DNA of 64,000 bases from Stegostoma tigrinum. Lineage: Eukaryota. Position numbers and translations under genes: made by a program. Where the stretch lies: contig NC_081376.1 of the NCBI RefSeq assembly GCF_030684315.1, forward strand, positions 18,953,018 through 19,017,017, in the 5' to 3' direction. Below are positions 53,246 through 64,000 of this stretch, in pieces; positions within the stretch are counted from its first letter, which is position 1, and each line of letters begins with the position of its first letter. The notes below the pieces were generated by a model, which was not told the DNA's origin, searched no databases, and worked only from the letters and a program-made list of their open reading frames with translations.

Positions 53246-54047
53246 GGTTACAGAGAAGATGGTTAATTGAAATAAAATCCCTGGTACTCACTTTAGAAGT
53301 AACAAGTAATGATTTATTTATCTAACTCTAACAGTGATCAAATTAACCGAACTGTTAACATATAAAACAATTGCCGCCCCCCCCCCCCCAACTACTAACT
53401 ATTCCCAAATAAAACAAAATTCTAATGGTATGCAGTTCTCATTAACACAAGTCCCACTTATATAAACCAAAGTAATAAGAAAAATAAATTAAAACTTATA
53501 CTCTCAAACTATAGTCAGGATGCATCTTCCAGAATAGTCCATACATTTTTAGCAATTCTCAAGTCAGAAACGCTTTCTTCGTCGAATCCTTGCGTCAGGA
53601 ATATTAGCTAAGAGTGCGATGGGACCTTTTGGGTGGTGCTTAATCAGAGAGCTGAAAGACTTATGTGAGAGCCAGAGTTTTGCTCCTCTGATGGCAGTTA
53701 GCTCTCTCACTGATTTTCAAAAACCCACTTCTTATATACCCTAGATGATCTGTCAATTTTCTTACAATAGAATTGGTCCTAGATTGTCAACACCATCAGA
53801 ATTAAATTCAACTGATTTTTAGATTCTAAGTGCCTGGTTTAACTTAATCGGCTGATATTCAAGGTGGTTACCTAAACATTAAAACAAACCTCGGTGGTCA
53901 ACCACACAGCCAATTGATACATATATTTCAATTTCAGAGCTGTCTGTGCATCTGTAGCTGCTCGAAGACTTTTTTTTTATCTCTGAGCTTAGAAAAGCAC
54001 ATCACTTCTCAAACAGACCACGCACTTCGCCCCCTATCATTTTAACA
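53246..54047 (-). repeat. 5' LTR of the Gmr1-like element
   Basis: GTTAC...TAACA termini; a decayed tRNA-Pro-like PBS (GATCCTGGAC..GGCCCC on +) lies at about 53220-53242. No second LTR is visible. Confidence 0.55.
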
Positions 54048-54805
54048 AATAAATTCTGACATCCTGCCTTCCAATTCACAAGCACTCTACCCATGTGTGT
54101 AAAGCAGGAGTTTTCTAAGGGAGTTAGAGATTTAATTAGTATTATTAGTAATTGTTTATGTACAGCTAGAATCTATTTAATCACAATAGTCATCCTTGGT
54201 AAGTACAGAAACTTGATCAATGTTTCCTGTCAACCTTAGTGTAAAAGAAATGTATGTGTTGTGATAACTCTAGAAATAGTGGGCCTTGATCTCCACTTCC
54301 TACCCCATTCATGCCTAACGCACCTCATATTGAAATTATGTCCCTATTTCTAGATTTCCCATTTGTCTTACCCTAGAAACTATTGTAGTTGGGGTCCGTT
54401 CTGTCTAAATTGGCATTAATAATGGATGCAGAGCCAGGACAAATAGATAGCATTAAATTAAGATGATGGCATGATCTCATTGAATGGGCAAAAATTCTTG
54501 AATGGCTGGCCTTCTCCTATTCATGTGACTTATAAGCTTGTTAATGATGTTGCTTTTTAATTTGTGTTCCCAGTGCAGGAGATAGGACACCTCCATTAAT
54601 TACAGCTGCAGCATTGAACTGTAAATGTAACAGTACACTGTTATTCTAAAAGCTCCTGATGGTATTTGAAAACGTCCACAGTGGTAATTGCAGGCTTATT
54701 CCAATCAAATATGCAATGTTTGTCTCTAATCCACTGCGACTAGAGTTTCAAAGTTTCTACAAATAAAATATTTCTGATTTAAAACAAGCATAGTACTAAT
54801 TGCAG

Positions 54806-54925
54806 AGATAACAAAGTGTGGAGCTGGATGAACACAGCAGGCCAAGCAGCATCTTAGGAGCACAAAAGCTGACGTTTCGGGCCTAGAGCCTTCATCAGAA
54901 AAAGAAAAATCAGAGAATTATGTCT
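54806..54925 (-). mobile_element. Penelope-terminus element with hammerhead core and 17-bp TSD
   Basis: Minus CTGATGAAGGCTCTAGGCCCGAAACGTC at 54871-54898; CATAGTACTAATTGCAG at 54789-54805 and 54926-54942. Confidence 0.85.
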
Positions 54926-55689
54926 CATAGTACTAATTGCAGGTTGATTCAAACATGCAATAGTTTTCTTATATTAACTGTGGCCAAAATGTTGTGTGTT
55001 CACCAAAAAAAACATTGTCGCTCCCAAACTATTATTTTACTTACATTTGTTTACAGTACACAAGTATTTTGCTTTGGGTGTGAGTTTAAAAGCAATGCTC
55101 TGAGTGCGTTGCTCCACCTAGGGGTAATATTGGCCATGAGTGCTATCGTTAAATTGACATTTCGTCTGTGGAATCATGCTGTATGTGATTCCATATTTAA
55201 GAAGTGAAACTGCTCATCAGGAATGAGACTAAAGGAAGTCGTCTACCCATAACTTTACTTTAGAACTTCCACTTAATGATATGAGATCCATTAGCAGCAA
55301 AATGTAATCAACCACAGAATTACTCAACACAGGATGCCGCTGTGGGACTCATTGTGCCTGTGCCAGTTGTTTGTAAGAGCCTTCCAATTATTCACACTTC
55401 CCTCAGCAGTTTCCCCATAGCAATGTATTTTTTTCTTTTCAATTTTTAATTATTTTTGGAAATTTACAATTAACTTTGCTTCCACTGCCTTTTCAGGCAG
55501 TACATTTCTCATAAGACAGTGTGAAAAAAGGATCTCCTCCTTGATATGTATGGTAATTTTGTAAATCTCTGTCTTCTGGTCATCATAGTCTTGCTAATTA
55601 TTAGTTTCTCCTCATTTACTTCATGAAAGCCTCCATCAAATCTTGCTTCTTGCCAAGTACCAGATCGGCAGCAAAATTGAAGTACTGTG

Positions 55690-56640
55690 AACGTACAAAA
55701 TTGGTAAAGGTGACAGGAGGCATAAAGTTATAATGAACAGTTTTTTTTAGGAACAACAGGAAAGTATATAATGTGGCTCCCCCAGTGGTCAGTGCTAGGA
55801 CCTCAGTTTTTCTGTATATATATTAATGCTCTATACTTGACATACACACCCGAATTTCACAAAACTTCCACATGCATTTACATGCCAGGAGGATAGATTT
55901 CAAGAGGACAGACAGGTTGGAGAAATGGGTAGACAAATGGCAGGTGAAATCTAATGTGCAGAAGTATGAAGTGAGGTAGGAATTATACTAGAAGAGTCCG
56001 AAATATTGTGCCTAATGCTGAGTGCTGCACATTTTGTCTTTGGAGAGTGTACAGAAAAGTTGCATTAAGTGGTTCCAGGGATGAGGGACTTAAATGATGT
56101 AGATTGATTAGAGAGATTGTGGTTACTTTCCTTAGTGAGGATGTTGAGAGGAGAAGTGATAGAGGGGTCAAAATCATGAGTGAACTAGAGAATAGAGAGA
56201 AACATTTCCCATTAGAGGGTGTGTGAAGAACGGAGGACATAAAGTCAAGGGGACTGGTGAAAGATTAAAAGGTGGCAGGAGGATCAGCCTTTTTAGATAC
56301 AAAAACAGAAATTGCTGGAAAAACTCATTTGGTCTTGCAGCATCTGCAAGAAAAAAATGAGAGTTACTGTTTCAGGCCAAGTGACCCTTCCTCAGAACAC
56401 CCGCAGTTCTTGTGGTTTTTATTTAGCCTTTTTACACAAATCATTATGATATGGAATGCACTGCCTGGGACTGTGGTGCAGGAAAATTCAGCACGATTTA
56501 CAAAAAGACAAAACCTGAAAGGAAAAGCACAGAGAAAGATCAGGGACTACTAGGAGCTAGAGTGTTCCTGCAGAAAGCTGACATGGGCTTAATAAACCAA
56601 GTGGCCTCCTCCTTTCTGTTGCCATTTTAGGATTCTTCAG
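55690..56640 (+). mobile_element. Decayed CR1 RT and 3' end, with a PLE end inserted at about 56295-56430
   Basis: CCCCAGTGGTCAGTGCTAGGACC (PQGSVLGP) and ATGGAATGCACTGCCTG (WNALP). Confidence 0.6.
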
Positions 56641-56705
56641 TCTTTCTACATAACTGGCATTGCTTGATCCATTGTTATTCAAAAAGCTATAAATGCCATT
56701 TTAAA

Positions 56706-56919
56706 TCAGAGGTAATGGGAGCTGCAGATGCTGGAGAATCCGAGATAACAAAGTGCGGAGCTGGATGAACACCGCAGGCCAAGCAGCATCTTAGGAGCAC
56801 AAAAGCTGACGTTTCAGGCCTAGACCCTTCATCAGAGAACGGGTCTAGGCCCGAAACATCAGCTTGTGCGTTCTTTAGATGGCCTGCTGTGTTCATCCAG
56901 CTCCACACTTTGTGATCTC
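56706..56919. mobile_element. Inverted-dimer Penelope-terminus element with 15-bp TSD
   Basis: Minus copy with intact CTGATGA...GAAACGTC (56808-56835) plus a truncated plus copy; flanks AAATGCCATTTTAAA and AAATGCGATTTTAAA. Confidence 0.85.
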
Positions 56920-58344
56920 AAATGCGATTTTAAAGATGGGATTGCATTGTTTTGATCCTTTGGTAACAACATTGTTGAACATTGCCTCACATGAAAAGAA
57001 TAAGTAGACTTGAATTTAGTGACGGTCCTGTGAGTAAGCCACTGACAGAATCCTGTTAGATTTCATGATCAACTGACCAAATACAACTTGCAGGCAGCAA
57101 TATTGAGGCATAGGGGAATCAAATGCTCACAAAGGGCCCTCTGCACATGACATGAAAAGAACTATAGACTGTTTAGTGGCTTACAGGCAGTCCCCACAGA
57201 ATGTTGACTGCTATCATAGTTGCAGGTATTGTTTGATCCTGTGGACTATAAGCTCTCTCTGTCCCTCGCTCTCTCACTACAGCTTTCCTCTTCCAAGGCA
57301 GACATTGTAAATATTTCAGCATCTGTGCTGTGAAAAAGTAATCGATGCCTTTTTCTAAATTGTCATCGCCAAAGCAGATCTCTTTGTGTCTCTTGTGAAC
57401 ATGTTTCTCCCTCTCATTCACACACCAACAGACACACTAAGGTCAGAAAACCTAAAATCATCACAGCTAATTTTAAAATCTTAAACTAGAGTGGGATTAA
57501 CGGGAAGAGAAGAAATGAAGACAGTCTGCTACCCAGTACCTTATTAAGGCTTTCAGAAAATGCTGCTCATGAATTACTCTGAAGCGTAGTCACTGGTGAA
57601 TGATTGGTAATTCCAACAACTGAACATAACCATTAACATTTCTGATCTAATAAGATTTTCTACCAAATAACACACAAGCCTTTTTTAACTGTTCCTCTCG
57701 ATCATTTAAAAGATCTTATCACCACACCAGTACTGGACTGTATTCATTGATGCATGTCACTGGCAGTCAAGCCTTCAGCTGCTTTGGCATTAAGCTGTCT
57801 ATCTCTCTCTATCTACTTGAGGGGTGGCGATCTGATCAAGGTGCTTAAAATGTTCAAATGATTCTAAGGGTAGAGACAAAAGGACCATTTCCTTGTGTGT
57901 GTATGTGTGGAGGCGGTGGGGGGGGGGGGGGGGTGGGGGGTAGGTGGGCATATATCATGAACAGGGGGATATGGCCCTTAAATTAAATGTAGATTATCTA
58001 CGAAGGAAATTAGAAATCACATTTTCACACATAAGATAATATATTGAAATCTCTTCTGCAAAAATCGTGGCTTTTGTGATGATTAGCGATTTCACCATGG
58101 AGATCAAGACATTTTTGTTGGGTAAGGGAGCAAGAGATATGGAGGGAAGACTGACAAATAAAGTAAGAGTGAACGTCACCATAATCTAAGTGAATGGCAG
58201 AGCAGGATTGAAGGACTAATTGGCCAACTAGATGCTTGGCTTGTACTGAGTACTTGACTTGAATACTAATAGTACTCAGTCTCAGGGAGATAAAGTTATT
58301 GCTTGAAGGCCCATTCAAGGCAAAAACAATATAACCTTGTTCAA

Positions 58345-59740
58345 CTCTCTTGAGGGAAAGTCCTTTAAAAAAGGAGGGAGAGAACACAGGGAATTATACG
58401 CTGGCTAACCTGACATCAGTGGTGGGGAAAATGCTGGAGTCAGTAATTAAGGATGCAATAACTGATCATTCGGAAAGGGATAAGAATATCAGCCCAAGTT
58501 GGTATATGAATTCACTACTAAAGGGAAGTCATGCGTGACAAATCTTCCGGAATTTTTTGAGGATGTGGCCAGTAGAATGGACAAGGGTGAAGTAGTTGAT
58601 GTTGCCTGACCTTTCAAAAGTCAGGAAAATTAAAGCCCCTGGTGTTGGAGGCAACATATTGACACAGTTAGAGAACTTGGTTGGCAGACAGGAAGCAGAC
58701 AGTTGGAGTAAATGTGTCCTTTTCAGAGTGGCAAGCAATGACGAGTGAGGTACTGCAGAGTTCAGTGTTGGGACCCCAGCTGTTTACAATAGACATTAAT
58801 GATTTAGAGATAGGAATTGAATCCAATTTCTCCAAATTTCGAAATGACACTAAGCTGGGTGGCAGTGTATGCTGTAAGGAGGATACTCATAAGCTGCAGA
58901 GTGTCCTCAACAGTCTGGCCTAGTGGGCAAATATTTGGCAAATGCAACATAACATGGACAAATGTGAGGTTATCCTCTTTGGTGGCAAAAACAGGAATGC
59001 AGATTAGTACCTGAGGTGTGGCAGTTTAGGAAAAGATGAGGTGCAATGAGACTTGGGTGTCAAGATGAAATCGTCGTTGAAGGTTGGCAGCAGATAGTAA
59101 GGAAACCTAATGGCATGCTGACCTCCTTAGTGAGAGGATTTGAGTACAGGAGTAAGGATGTCTTACTGCAGTTATACAGGGCCTTGGAGAGGTTACACTT
59201 TGAGTATTGTGTGCAATTTTGGTCTCCTAGTCTGAGGAAGGACACTTGCTGTTGAGAGACCCCAGCGAAGGTTCACCAGACTGATTCCTGGGATGGCAGG
59301 ACTGGCATATAAGGAAAGGTCGGATCAATTGGGTTTGTACTCACTGGAATTTAGAAGGATGAGGGGGGATCTGAGAGAAACGTATAAAATCCCGATGGGA
59401 CTAGATGCGGGAAGGATGTTTCCAATGTTCGGGAAGTTCAGAACTAGGGATCACAGTCTAAGGATAAGGAATAAGCCATTCAGGGCTGAGATGGGAAAGA
59501 ATTTCTTCATCAGAGAGTTGTGAACTTGTACTATTCTCTCCCACAGGATGCTGTTGAGGCCAGGTCATTAGATATATTCTGGAGGAAGTTAGACATGGCT
59601 CTTGCTGCTGAAGGGCTCAAGGGGTACGGAGAGAAAGTGGGAATGGGATACTGAAATTGTATGATCAGCGATGATCATATTGAATGATGGTGCAAGTTCA
59701 AAGGACCAAATGGCCTACTCCTGCACTTATTTTCTATGTT
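58345..59740 (+). mobile_element. 5'-truncated CR1 LINE (RT and 3' UTR)
   Basis: NY.LANLTSVVGKMLES, QSSVLGPQLFTI.INDL, SKF.NDTKLG and LYRAL...EYCVQFWSP; TTTCTATGTTTC tail. Confidence 0.9.
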
Positions 59741-61923
59741 TCGAATACTGAGACAATGTTTCACAGGCAGAGGTGATGTCTTTTGGATGAGATACTAAAT
59801 ATTTGCATGCTTCAGTGATCCAGATGAATGCTTAAAGATCTCATTTGTAGGTCGTAACCGTAAATGTGCTGGGTCAGCCAAAATATGAAAAGAAACTTTT
59901 GAAGCTTGTTCTCGAGAAAGGTTAATCAGTTGAATGATGTCTTAAACTGTTTCTGCATTTTCTGAAGGGATATGTGTGTTTACAACTCAATAGGTGATGT
60001 GTTTAACTGGTGACACAGTACGTGTGTCTGAGTTCTGTTAAAATCATACACAGGACATTAGATATGAATTGCTGACCACTTGTCATCTATGTGGTTGATG
60101 ACATTGTGATTACATTACGCTATGTAAATATCATATGGCTGATTAGATCACGCAAAAGCTGCCTAGTAAGGCTTAAATGTGCAGCCAGAACCCCCAGCTG
60201 GCCTAAGGTCAAGGTTCATTAAAGGCAAAAGATAAGTCTCCTTCCATTTAAAACAAGCAGTACTCCTATTAAGAGGAAATATTAACTGGACCATGAAAAG
60301 AGTTACAACCTTGTGATCAATCTAATGGATCAGTCGCTGAAGACTGGACAATGTCAAGATTTGAACACACACGCTGCGGTAGGAGGAAATGTCGGAGAGT
60401 TAGCATCATGACCACACCCCCGAGCGCCAAACCATCATCTCCCAAGCCATCCACAACCTCATCACCTCAGGTGATCTCCCACCCGGCCTCCAACCTCGTT
60501 GTTCCCCAACCCCGCACCGCCCGCTTCTAAAATACACAAACCCACCTGCCCTGGTCGACCCATTGTCTCCGCCTGCTCCTGCCCCACCAAACTCATCTCC
60601 ACCTATCTGGACTCCATTTTCTCCCCCTACCTACCTACGTCCGAGACATCACCCACGCACTCCACCTCCTCCAGAACTTCGAATTCCCCAGTCCCCAACG
60701 CCTCATTTTCACAATGAATGCCCAGTCCCTACACACCTGCGTTCCCCATGCAGATGGCCTAACGGCCCTCCGTGTCTTCCTGTCCCGCAGGCCTGACCAG
60801 TCCCCCTCCACTGACACCCTCATCCGCCTAGCCGAACTCGTCCTCATCGTCAACAACTTCTCTTTTGATTCCTCCCATTTCCTACAGACAAAGGGGGTGG
60901 CGATGGGTACCCGCATGGGCCCCAGCTATGCCTGCTTCTTTGTAGGTTACGTGGAACAGTCCCTCTACCGCCCCTACACAGGCCCCAAACCCCACGTCTT
61001 CCTCCGTTACATTGATGACTGTAACGGCGCCACCTCACGCTCCCACGAGGAGCTCGAACAGTTCATTCACTTCACCAACGCCTTCCACCCCAACCTCAAG
61101 TTTACCTGGACCATCTCCAACACATTCCTCACCTTCCTGGGCCTCTCAGTCTGCATCTCCAGCAACCACTTAGAAACCTATCTCCATTTCAAGCCCACCG
61201 ACTGCCACAGCTACCAAGAATACGCCTCCTCCCACCCACCTTCATGCAAACATTCCATCCCCTATTCCCAATTCCTTTGCCTATGCCGCATCTGCTCCCA
61301 GGATGAGACAATCCACTCCTGTACATCTCAGATGACCTCGTTTTTCAAGGACTGCAACATCCCCCCCTGCAGTAGTCGAGAACGCCCTCAACCATGTTTC
61401 CCGTGTTTCTCGCAACTCATCCCTCACACCCCCTCCCCTCAATGACCGCCAAAAGAGAATCCTCCTCATCCTCACATACCACCCCACCAACCTCCGGATA
61501 CAACGCATCATCCTCCGACACTTCCGCCATCCGCAATCCGACCCCACCACCAAAGACATTTTTCCATCCCCAACCTTGTCTGCTTTCCAGAGGGACCACT
61601 CTCTCTGTGACTCCCTTGTCTGCTCCACACTCCCCTCCAACCTCACCACCCCTGGCAGTTTCCCCTGCAACTGCAGGAAGTGCTACACTTGCCCCCATAC
61701 CTCCTCCCTCATCCCCATTCTAGGCCCCAAGAAGACTTTGCACATCAAACAGATTTTCACCTGCACATCTGCCAATGTGGTATACTGCATCTGCTGTACC
61801 TGTTGTGGCCTCCTCTACATCGGGAAACCAAGTGGAGGCTTGGGGACCACTTTGCAGAACACCTATGCTTGGTTCGCAATAAACAAATGCACCTCCCAGT
61901 CGCGAACCATTTCAACTCCCCTC

Positions 61924-63210
61924 GAGGCAACATGGTTTTGTGCAGGGAAGGCCATGTCTTACCAACTTAATAGAATTCTTTGAGGACGTGACAAAGTTGA
62001 TTGATGAGGGAAAGGCTGTAGGTGTCATATACATGGACTTCAGTAAGGCGTTTGATAAGGTTCCCCATGGCAGGCTGATGGAGAAAGTGAAGTCTCATGG
62101 GGTCCAGGGTGTGCTACCTAGATGGATAAAAAACTGGCTAGTCTATAGGAGACAGAGAGTTGTAGTAGAAGGGAGTTTCTCAAATTGGAGACCTGTGACC
62201 AGTGGTGATCCACAGGGATCTGTTCTGGCACCACTGTTGTTTGTGATATATGTAAATGATTTGGAGGAAGGTGTAGGTGGTCTGATCAGCAAGTTTGCAG
62301 ATGACACTAAGATTGGTGGAGTAGCTGATAGTGAAGGGGACTGTCAGAGATTACAGCAGAATATAGATAGACTGGAGAGTTGGGCAGATAAATGGCAGAT
62401 GGAGTTCAATCCGGGCAAATGCGAGGTGATGCATTTTGAAAGATCAAATTCAAGGGCAAACTATACAGTAAATGGAAAAGTCCTAGGGAAAATTGATGAA
62501 CAGAGAGATCTGGGTGTTCAGGTCCGTTGTTCCCTGAAGGTGACAATGCAGGTCAATAGGGTGGTCAAGAAGGCATACGGCATGCTTTCCTTCATCGGAT
62601 GGGGTATTGAGTACGAGAGTTGGCAGGTCATGTTGCAGTTGTATAGGACTTTGGTTCAGCCACATTTGGAGTACTGTGCGCAGTTCTGGTCGCCACATTA
62701 CCAAAAGGATGTGGATGCTTTGGAGAGGGTGCAGAGGAGGTTCACCAGGATGTTGCCTGGTATGGAGGGTGCTAGTTATGAAGAGAGGTTGAGTAGATTA
62801 GGATTATTTTCATTAGAAAGATGGGGATTGAGGGGGGACCTGATTGGGGTCTACAAAATCATGAGGGGTATAGACAGGGTGGATAGCAAAAAGCATTTTC
62901 CCAGAGTGGGGGACGCAATTACTAGAGGTCATGAGTTCAAAGTGAGAGGAGGAAAGTTTAAGGGAGATATGCGTGGAAAGTTCTTTACAGAGGGTGGTGG
63001 GTGCCTGGAACGCGTTGCCAGCGGAGGTGGTAGGCACAGACACGTTAGCTTCTTTTAAGATATATTTGGACAGATACATGGATGGGCAGGGAGCAAATGG
63101 GCACAGACCATTAGAAAATACATGACAGATTAGACAGAGGATCTTGATCGGCGCAGGCTTGGAGGGCCGAAGGGCCTGTTCCTGTGCTGTAGGTTTCTTT
63201 GTTCTTTGTT
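61924..63210 (+). mobile_element. Young CR1 LINE inserted into the PLE endonuclease domain
   Basis: ORF 61940-63058 encodes an RT domain open for 372 codons (CLTNL, DFSKAFD, PQGSVL, KFADD); (TTCTTTG)n tail. The PLE sequence AACTCCCCTC|CCCATTCC is split at the junctions. Confidence 0.95.
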
Positions 63211-63682
63211 CCCATTCCTTAGATGACATGTCCATACTGGGCCTCCTGCAGTGCCACAATGATGTTACCCGAAGGTTGCAGGAACAGCAACTCATATTCT
63301 GCTTGGGAACCCTGCAGCCCAATGGTATCAATGTGGATTTCACAAGCTTCAAAATCTCCCCTCCCCCCACTGCATCCCAAAATCAGCCCAGCTCATCCCG
63401 GCCTCCCTAACCTGTTCTTCCTTTCACCTATCCCCTCCTCCCACCTCAAGCCCCACCTTCACTTCCGACCTACTAACCACATCCCGCCTCCTTGACCTGT
63501 CCGTCCTCCCTGGACTGACCTATCCCCTCCCTACCTCCCCACCTACACTCACCTCTACTGGCTCCAACCCCACCTCTTTAACTTGTCTGCCTCCTCTCCA
63601 CCTATCTTCTCCTCTATCCATCTTCGATCCGCCTCCACCTCTCTCCCTATTTATTTCAAAACACCCTCCCCCTCCCCCTTTT

Positions 63683-63710
63683 CTGATGAAGGGTCTAGGC
63701 CCGAAACGTC
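63683..63710 (+). ncRNA. Minimal hammerhead ribozyme core in the PLE terminal repeat
   Basis: CUGAUGA, stem II (GGG/CCC), GAAA, palindromic ACGU and a GUC cleavage triplet. Stem I is weak. Confidence 0.65.
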
Positions 63711-64000
63711 AGCTTTTGTGCTCCTTAAGATGCTGCTTGACCTGCTGTGTTCATCCAGCTCCACACTTTGTTATCTCGGATTCTCTAGCATCTGCAGTTC
63801 CCATTATCTCTGATCACCTGTTTCACTCTGGTCCTTAAACAAGTCCACATATACTTGGTCCCTTGTGATTGTAAGTATTGTGCAAGTAACCTTGTAATGT
63901 TGCTATTTTTGTAGTGTCTTGTGTACATTGCTTTAATAAAGAACATGTGGATATATCCCATTGTTGGAACTGACTTGGGTTATTGAGATCCAGAGCAAAC

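Larger units (their letters stand above)
48095..54047 (-). mobile_element. Gmr1-like gypsy LTR retrotransposon, 3'-truncated (LTR-PBS-gag-IN-RT order)
   Basis: Gag FFVSFEKLAKRLKWPEDMW...KLAPEAYR*RF (52500-52900), knuckle CFHCNREGH (about 52210-52260), integrase GGH..FYWPGL..C..C and YHPESQGAMER (50600-51300), and RT YQFKGIPFGMNNTPATFQ..VYLDD (48095-48814). Integrase lies upstream of RT. Confidence 0.88.
60405..63812 (+). mobile_element. Penelope-like element (Neptune-like), 5'-truncated, split by a CR1 insertion
   Basis: RT PGRPIVS, GVAMGTRMGPSYA and RYIDD; Cys-rich linker CNCRKCYTC; GIY-YIG VVYCI...LYIG; C-terminus after 63211; terminal repeat 63680-63812. Confidence 0.92.

Noticed and set aside
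57913-57948. Long G-run
   Set aside because: Simple homopolymer expansion inside a decayed CR1 3' end.

Overview
This is a eukaryotic, AT-rich, repeat-dense window with no recognisable host protein-coding exon, so it is intronic or intergenic. The repeat set (HE1-type tRNA SINEs, Deu-domain SINEs, many CR1/HER1-like LINEs, Penelope-like elements) points to a cartilaginous fish; this is an inference. Almost all listed ORFs are TE fragments or chance ORFs. The most notable item is an old endogenous LTR element at 39796-44667. It has paired LTRs, a 4-bp AGGC target-site duplication (TSD), PBS and PPT, a frameshifted envelope resembling a class I (F-type, lokiretrovirus-like) fusion glycoprotein, and an internally inverted Gag fragment with PSAP/LYPD late-domain-like motifs. 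Also notable are about 20 short Penelope-terminus elements carrying hammerhead ribozyme cores, several with long TSDs or in inverted dimers. A Gmr1-like gypsy element (integrase before RT, SCAN-related capsid) contains a nested Tigger and PLE end. A tRNA-Asp pseudogene abuts an HE1 SINE. Coordinates and identities were read by eye and are approximate; no database searches were run.
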